From Eledone cirrhosa (lineage: Eukaryota): a stretch of DNA of 64,000 nucleotides. Position 1 is the first letter of the stretch, and each line of letters begins with the position of its first letter. The notes beneath the pieces were generated by a model that did no database searches, had not been told where the DNA came from, and saw nothing but the letters and a program-made list of their open reading frames with translations. The translations under genes were made by a program, and so were the position numbers. This document shows, piece by piece, positions 57,058 to 64,000 of this stretch. Location of the stretch: positions 15,624,001-15,688,000 of the forward strand of contig OZ024761.1 of assembly GCA_964016885.1 (NCBI GenBank), in the 5' to 3' direction.

Positions 57058-57325
57058 GGGGAAAAGTTAGAAATAAGAGGGATCAGATGTTGTTTACTCG
57101 AGAGAAGGCTACGTTGGTATCGTCACGTGATGCGCATGAAAGATGACAGCTGTATAAAAAAGTGCAGGGCAATAAAGATAGACGGTAGCCACGGAGTAGG
57201 CAGACCCAGAAAAACCTGGGACGACTTGATAAATTCCGACCTCACACACTTACACCTCTCCAAGACAATGTCACTGGACCGAGATCTTTGGCGGTACTCA
57301 GTAATAGAGAAGACCCGCCTTACCT
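57058..57325 (+). mobile_element. RTE LINE ORF 3' fragment
   Basis: ERRLRWYRHVMRM...GRPRKTWDD...DRDLWR. Confidence 0.85.
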
Positions 57326-57765
57326 AAATACAAAGTAAAACCTACTACAGTCAGTAGGCACCTCTAACAAAATACACCCCCGTCCCACTACCCCCACCCC
57401 TTTCAATGTAAAGTTATGTTGGTGCCACAACATCCAGGCCGAAACAAATGAGGTCGTGTAGGTGTCACGAGAAAAAAACACAGAGTCCACGCTGTAATGT
57501 GGCCGTGTAGGTAACACGGTAAAAACCTCCCATCCCCACACTGTAAACGTGGTTGGTGTTAGGAAGGGCATCCAACTGTAGAAAACCCGCCAGACAGTCC
57601 TATACGAGCAAGACAACCACTCTTGCCTCAAGTGGGAAAACTCCCGTCCAAACCCATGCAAGCGTGGAATACGGACATTAAACGATGATGATGATGATGA
57701 TGATGATGTGTGTGTGTGTGTATGTGCAAATAAATGTGTGTGCGGTGACAGGCATAACTACTCAC

Positions 57766-57824
57766 AGGGGAGTCAATATCACTAGAGAGTTGTCCAGCAG
57801 CTGAAGGATTGGTAAGACAGCGAC
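57766..57824 (-). CDS. FANCM: FANCM small exon (GRCLTNPSAAGQLSSDIDSP)
   Basis: (TC)n polypyrimidine tract then accag acceptor, gtgagt donor, 59 nt, phase 1 to 0. Confidence 0.75.
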
Positions 57825-57914
57825 CTGGTGTAGAGAGAGAGAAAGAGAGAGAGAGTGAGACACATTATGTCATAACATAGACACTACCACACAGATGTCC
57901 TTCCACCAATAATC

Positions 57915-58530
57915 TGACCAACCAACCACACAACAATCCAACTAGTCAACAACCCAGACAACCATCCAGCCACCCAAACAAACACCCAGCCATCCAACCA
58001 TCAAACCACTCAGCCATCCAACCAAGCAACCATCTACCCCATCCAACCAGCCAAACAACCATCCGACCATTCAACCACCCAGCCAACCATCCAATCAACC
58101 ATTCAACCAACCCCCCAGCCATCCGACCATCCAACAACCCAACCATCCAACCAGCTACCCATCCAACCAGCCAAACAACCATCCGATCACCCAGCTAACC
58201 ATCCAATCAACCAATCAACCATCCAACCAGCCACCCAGCCATCCGACCATCCGACCATCCAACAACCCAACCAACCATCCAACAACCCAACCATCTACCC
58301 AGCCAACCAACCACCCAGCCATCCGACCATCCAACCAACCATCCAACAACCCAACCAACCACCCAGCCAACCAACCACCCAGCCATCCGACCATCCAACC
58401 AACCATCCAACAACCCAACCATCTACCCAGCCAACCAACCACCCAGCCATCCAACCAACCATCCAACAACCCAACCATCTACCCAGCCAACCAACCACCC
58501 AACCACCCAACCATCCAGCCACCCACCCGA
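57915..58530. repeat. (CCAA/CCAT)n-type low-complexity repeat
   Basis: Direct inspection. Confidence 0.9.
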
Positions 58531-58560
58531 GCAGGTCATGTTTAAGAAACAGTCTGTTAC

Positions 58561-58833
58561 CTTTAACATCTGACCTTGACCTTGGAGTGGAACCAGTGGA
58601 CGAAGGAGAGAGAATAACAGCTCTTCTCCTTTTCTTGATGGCAACAACATCATCATCATCGTCATCATCGTTATCGTCGTCAACAGCGACAATATCATCA
58701 TCATCATCATCATTGACAACAACAACAACATCATCACTATCAACAACAACAACATCATCACTATCAACAATGACAACATCATCATCATCATTGGTAGTAG
58801 TGTTGGTAGTTGTGCCGTAGCTTTTCTCAGAGC
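58561..58833 (-). CDS. FANCM: FANCM exon, Asp/Val-rich (GSEKSYG...DDDDVVAIKKRRRAVILSP...DVK)
   Basis: ttttcag acceptor, G|gtaaca donor, 273 nt open, phase 1 to 1. Confidence 0.75.
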
Positions 58834-58844
58834 CTGAAAACAGA

Positions 58845-59540
58845 TAATCATCATCATCATACTTATCATTACCATAATTATCATTGTCGTCGTCATCAAT
58901 ATATCATCAGAATCACCACTGCTGCCACCATCATCATCATCATCACCACCACCTTCAGCATCACTACCACCACCACCACAATCATCACCACCACCGCCGC
59001 AATCATCATCATCACCACCACCGCCACAATCATCACCACCACCACCACCACAATCATCACCACCACCGCCACAATCATCATCACCACCACCGCCACAATC
59101 ATCATCACCACCACCACCACCGCCACAATCACCACCACCACCACCAGCGCCACAATCATCATCACTACCACCACCACCACCGCCACAATCATCACTACCA
59201 CCACCACCACAACCATCATCAGCACCATCACCGCCACAATCATCACTACCACCACCACCACAACCATCATCACCACCATCACCGCCACCACCACAAGCAC
59301 CACCACCACCGCCACAATCATCATCACCACCACCACCACCACCACCACCACAATCATCACCACCACCGTCACCGCCACAATCACCACCACCACCACCACT
59401 GCCACAACCATCATCACCACCACCACCGCCACGATCATCATCACTACCACCACCACCACCACCGCCACAATCATTACTACCACCACCACCATCACCACCA
59501 CCACCATCCTCATCGTCATCAACATGTCATCATCATCATT
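58845..59540. repeat. (CAC/CAT)n low-complexity repeat
   Basis: Direct inspection. Confidence 0.9.
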
Positions 59541-59594
59541 GTCAGCATCGGTAATATGTCATCAGTAATATGTCATCGGTAATATGTCATCAGA

Positions 59595-59954
59595 AATGAG
59601 AGAAATGAAGCCTGCATGCTCCGATGGATGTGTAACAGTAATATACGTGAACGACAAAGCATAAAGGAATTGAGAGAGAGACTGAGCATAAGAGGAATCA
59701 AATGCTGCGTGCAGGAGAGGCGGTTACGCTGGTATGGACATGTGATGCGTATGAAGGATGACAGCTGCATAAAAAGGTGCAGAGCACTAGAAGTTGATGG
59801 AAACCGCGGAGTGGGGAGACCCAAGATGACTTGGGATCAGGTGATAAAAGCCGACCTTACCCAACTACACCTCTCAAAGTCAATGACACACGACCGTGAC
59901 TTCTGGCGTCACGCAGTAATACAGGGTACCCGACCTCCCATGGGTACATGCTGA
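59595..59954 (+). mobile_element. RTE LINE ORF 3' fragment
   Basis: RNEACMLRWMC...ERRLRWYGHVMRM...GRPKMTWDQ...DRDFWR. Confidence 0.88.
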
Positions 59955-60339
59955 AGCATATAAACAATATGCCCCCACTCCCCCCACTGCAAGGTGGTCG
60001 TGGAGGTGCCACGGCAAAAAAGCACTCAGCCCACACTGTAAAGTGGACGTGTAGGTGCCACGAAAAAGCACCCAGCACTCACTGTAAATGAGGTTGGTGT
60101 TAGGAAGGGCATCCAGCTGTAGAAATCAAGCCAGATCAGTTCCTGTATGAGCAAGGCATGGTCAGCCGACCAGACACTGCCCACAACAGGACAACCCGTC
60201 TAACCCATGCTAGCGTGGAAGAACGGACGTAAAACGGTGATGATGATGATGATGATGAAATATATCAATGAAAGGATGAAACATTGAAAAAGAAATGCAA
60301 GGAAAAGAAAAAAAAGAAAGATATATGTGTCACACTCAC

Positions 60340-62911
60340 CATGAGAAGGACGTGAGTAAGAGTCAAGATGTTTAGCTGGTTTAGCTGCTTCCTCCTTTCT
60401 ACTTGAGCCTGGAGTCATCTTCCCACTTGAGCCTGGAGTTATCTTTCCACTTGAGCCTGGAGTTATCTTTCTACTTAAACATGGTATCATCTTCCCACTT
60501 GAATCTGGTATCATATTTTCACTTGAGCTTTGTGCCACCATGTCACTTGAACCAGGCATCTCCGTGTCACTTGAACCAGGCATCACCTTGTCACTTGAAC
60601 CAGGCATCTCCGTGTCACTTGAGCCAGGCATCATCTTGTCACTTGAGCCAGGCATTACCCTGTTACTTGAACCAGGTATGCCATGAAATGGTGACCTTGA
60701 TCCTCTAAAGCTACGGTTGTTAAATATCCTAGAGCCCTTTACTTCTTCTTTATTAACCCTTATTTTGCCATGCTGTGTTGAGTTACTCGAGTAGTTCAAA
60801 AAAGGAATGGTGTCACTACCACTTGTTCCTTGACTCCTATCTTCAGCCTGTGGCTTACCGCTGTTTCTGGTGTTATTGACACCAAATATCGTCGTCTTTG
60901 ATTGGTGTTCATGTGAGGAGGGACAGACCCCATCCGTTGGAAGTGGAAGCGCGCTGCCATCATCAAAGTCAAACTGAAGATTGAACTCAAGTCCATCGTC
61001 AGTAAAGTCCAAGTCAACCTTCTGACCAATACCCTCTTCCGTTGACTTAAATGCATCATCATCGTCAGTGCTATCGAATCCAAGGTCAAAGTTGAGACTG
61101 TCATCAGGGAACTCGCTGCTTGGCATGGAATCTTTGACGGTCGTGAAAGAGGTTATAAGTGAAGACAGTATATGTGCCATAGAGTTGTTCCTTTTGCTGT
61201 CTCCAGATACCTCTTTGTCGGTCCTGGTTCCCTTAGTAGAAACTGGTGATTCTCCAATACATTTAGTTTGGTCTTTATAGAGGAACCCACCTGACATTCC
61301 TGGTTTGCCATCGTCCTCAACCATTCTATCACTGATTAAATCATAATTAACATCATCATCAGAAAAGAGATCTGCACTTAAATCAAAGCAAATTCCATCT
61401 CTTTTATCCTGATCTTTGTCTTCACATGATGCTAAGACAGTCCTAGGAGTTGATTCCTTTGAAACACTCGAAGACATCTTTGGATTAAGTTTCTTACTAT
61501 TGAGGTTAACTATATCAGTATTTACATGGTCATCAAAAGATTCTCTGCAACTGGATGTCCGATTTGACAGGGGGGTCGTGATTTTTGTCCCAATTCTGAG
61601 GTATGTGCCTGTTGGGTTGGTCTGTTGTGGTAGAGGCGATTCGAATGCCCGATTTGGCATGAGGGTCGTGTTTTTTGTCCTAATTCTGAAGTCTGTGCCT
61701 GTTGGGTTGGTCTGTTGTGGCAAAGGCGATTTGGATGCCCGATTTGTTCTAGGGGTAGTGTTTTCTGTTCTAGTTGTACTATTGGTCAGCTGTTCAAATA
61801 TATCGTCGTCGGAAGAATATTCCTGAAACATATCCATACTACTCAAGTGACTCTTTGATAACACTGACTTGGTACTAGAGTCCACCGATTCCTGGAGGGT
61901 GTCTGATTTAACTGTTTTCTCAACATTCTCAATAGATATTCTTGGGGTCACTGTAGAAATATTTTCATGTCTGTCAGAATCAGCCTTAAATTCTTCAATG
62001 TGGTCATCCAGGCTATGTTTTCGTTTACGACTGATATTTCTGGGATCAGCCAACAGCCCCTTATATGGGGTTTCCTCCAGCTGTTCTGACCTCTTAGAAG
62101 ATGTCGCTGTTGTCACATTTCCTTGCACTAACCCTTCGAATTCTCTATCCCACTCATTCACAAGAGACTCTATGTGTAAACCTGATGACTGTGTAGACAA
62201 GATATTTTTGAAGTCATCGATTAATTTCGAAACTGCCAGAATCTCGGGAGGTGCTGGTACTGTCATATTGTTGGGTGGGATCATCTCTACCTTCTTGCTC
62301 TCCTGTGATGAACGACCTCCCTTCTGAGAAACGAAGAAAGGAGGTGACCGAGACGACAGCACACCTGTGGGTAGAGAGTCTGTGAGAGAGTTATCCAGAG
62401 TAAACACGGTGTCTTTGGACCCTTTATCACAATTCACATCCTCCTCCGATAACGATTCCGATGAAATCTCAAAATAATCTTTCAGACGATTCTTATTTGA
62501 TGACACACAACTGAATCGAAAACGAGAGCTGCTAATGTCACCATTGTGATCATTAAATTCCTCCTCCTCCTTCTTCTCCTTTCCCTTTTTCTTCTTCTTC
62601 TTCTTCATTTCCATCGGCAACACCTCTTCCTCCTCCTTCTTGTTTTTACTCTTACCGACCAGTTTCTTTCTCTTCTCCTTCTCCTCCCCCTCCTCTGCAG
62701 TTTTCACCGATCTGATGACATCACTGGCGCCATTTGTCTCCTTCACTGAAGACTCCATTGTTTTCTTGCTGACCAATTTCTCTCTAAGCTGGAAGTCAGT
62801 GTCATTCAGATCTGGAAGCTCGCAATCATCATCATCATCACTGTTTGGTAACAAGAACATCTGGTTTCTTCCAGGTTCATTAACAGAACTACTTGGACCA
62901 CTTGAGGTCGA
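60340..62911 (-). CDS. FANCM: FANCM large central exon (2572 nt), disordered region with MM2-like motifs
   Basis: Lies inside the 920-aa ORF; ccatttcag acceptor, G|gtgagt donor, phase 0 to 1; FDLSADLFS and SLNFDLGF motifs. Confidence 0.9.
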
Positions 62912-63237
62912 CTGAAATGGAAATAAAGAAAGGTTTTCACAATATTGAATATTTTCTATCAATATAGAACATTTTTAAAGTAAACTTAACCCTTTAGTAT
63001 TTACATTACTCTATATTTACTATTGTATTTTCATGGTAAAGCCTTTATCTCACATAATATCGAATCTATGAGATTTTGATGTTATTTATTTTGAGAACAA
63101 TACCTTAACATCAGTATGAGTGGCTGGTTACAGCCAGTTTGAAGAGAAAGAGGTGAGAGCATTTAAACCAGCCATATCTGGCCAGAATTCTTTCACCAAT
63201 ACCACCACCACCAACAACAATAACAACACCAACTAAC

Positions 63238-63326
63238 CTGTAGGTAAGGGTCAGCAGTAGTTACAACAGGGGAGGTAAACAATGTTATATCTTCGTTAGT
63301 TTTCTTGGAAGTTTTCTTACGGGTCT
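63238..63326 (-). CDS. FANCM: FANCM exon (KTRKKTSKKTNEDITLFTSPVVTTADPYLQ)
   Basis: ttacag acceptor, CAG|gttagt donor, 89 nt, phase 1 to 0, bridges both neighbours in frame. Confidence 0.8.
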
Positions 63327-63757
63327 CTGTAATATACAACAACCCTGTTAGTACCAGACTACCCCACCATCACCACCACCACCTCCACCACACTACCCCA
63401 CCGTCACCACCACTAACAACCACCACCACCTCCATCACACTACCCCACCACCATATCACCACACTAGCCCACCACCACCACTACCATACCACCAATAACA
63501 ACCACCACCATTACCACCACCACCACCACACCACTAATAACAACCGCCACCACCACCACCATTACCACCACCACCACACCACCAATAACAACCACCACCA
63601 CCTCCATCACACTACCCCACCACCATATCACCACACTAGCCCACCACCACCACCACCACACCACCAATAACAACCACCACCACCATTACCACCACCACTA
63701 CTACACCACCATTACCCCACCACCACCACCACCATCACCACCACCAAACATACTCAC

Positions 63758-63959
63758 TTGGTGATTTCTTCATTTTTTTCTGTTTGGAAGTGGGAACATT
63801 CTGGAAGGATTCTTTAATGGTGATGTAGGTTTTCAGACAGCGTGGTATGAGCCCTTGAGGAATGAGGTTGGTCTGGTCAGAGGAGAAGATCAGTTTACTG
63901 CAGCCCTTCATCAGGGAGTTATTGATACTGTTGCACTGGTATCGGGCCTGTTTGTACAT
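63758..63959 (-). CDS. FANCM: FANCM exon, end of helicase region (MYKQARYQ...LIPQGLIPRCLKTYIT...KSP)
   Basis: tacag acceptor, A|gtgagt donor, phase 0 to 1; resembles the FANCM segment that follows the last helicase motif. Confidence 0.85.
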
Positions 63960-64000
63960 CTGTACAGGTGTGGGGGGGGGGGAGAAAAAAGAGTAGATAT

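Larger units (their letters stand above)
44260..63959 (-). other. FANCM: FANCM gene, 3' portion (17 exons, 1563 aa + stop in window; 5' helicase exons outside window)
   Basis: All 17 exons have AG acceptors, the 16 non-terminal exons have GT donors, and phases match at every junction (total 4692 nt). The translation carries FANCM hallmarks: post-helicase segment, MM2-like FDLGF, RQFLDMEA..SSDE and DMAAVYLKSVKSP, VDSRE/GCDY/VER ERCC4-like domain, and terminal HhH2 ending IYSYIH. Confidence 0.93.

Noticed and set aside
60200-62962. 920-aa ORF as a stand-alone gene
   Set aside because: Bounded by splice sites at 62911 and 60340 that phase with the neighbouring FANCM exons; the ORF ends are intronic.

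Overview
Repeat-saturated animal genomic DNA, most likely from an octopus or other coleoid cephalopod. This is inferred from the tRNA-derived Meta- and CORE-type SINEs, RTE LINE fragments and massive (TA)n, (GA)n and (CCA)n tracts. One protein-coding gene is supportable: the 3' part of FANCM on the minus strand. It has 17 GT-AG exons from 63959 to 44260 that join in phase into 1563 codons plus a stop, running from the end of the helicase region through MM2/MM3-like motifs, a degenerate ERCC4 domain and HhH2. Its 5' exons lie beyond the window. The rest is satellite and minisatellite arrays, microsatellites, decayed LINEs, SINEs and MITEs, and a 200-N gap; nearly all listed ORFs are low-complexity artefacts. 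The most notable hidden signal is a set of short non-coding inserts in or beside (TA)n tracts that fold by eye into type I hammerhead ribozymes from several unrelated sequence families. Most have a self-complementary helix III, and several are duplicated into long fold-back palindromes, consistent with Penelope-like pLTR or retrozyme-type elements. All folds and homologies were assigned by eye; no searches were run.
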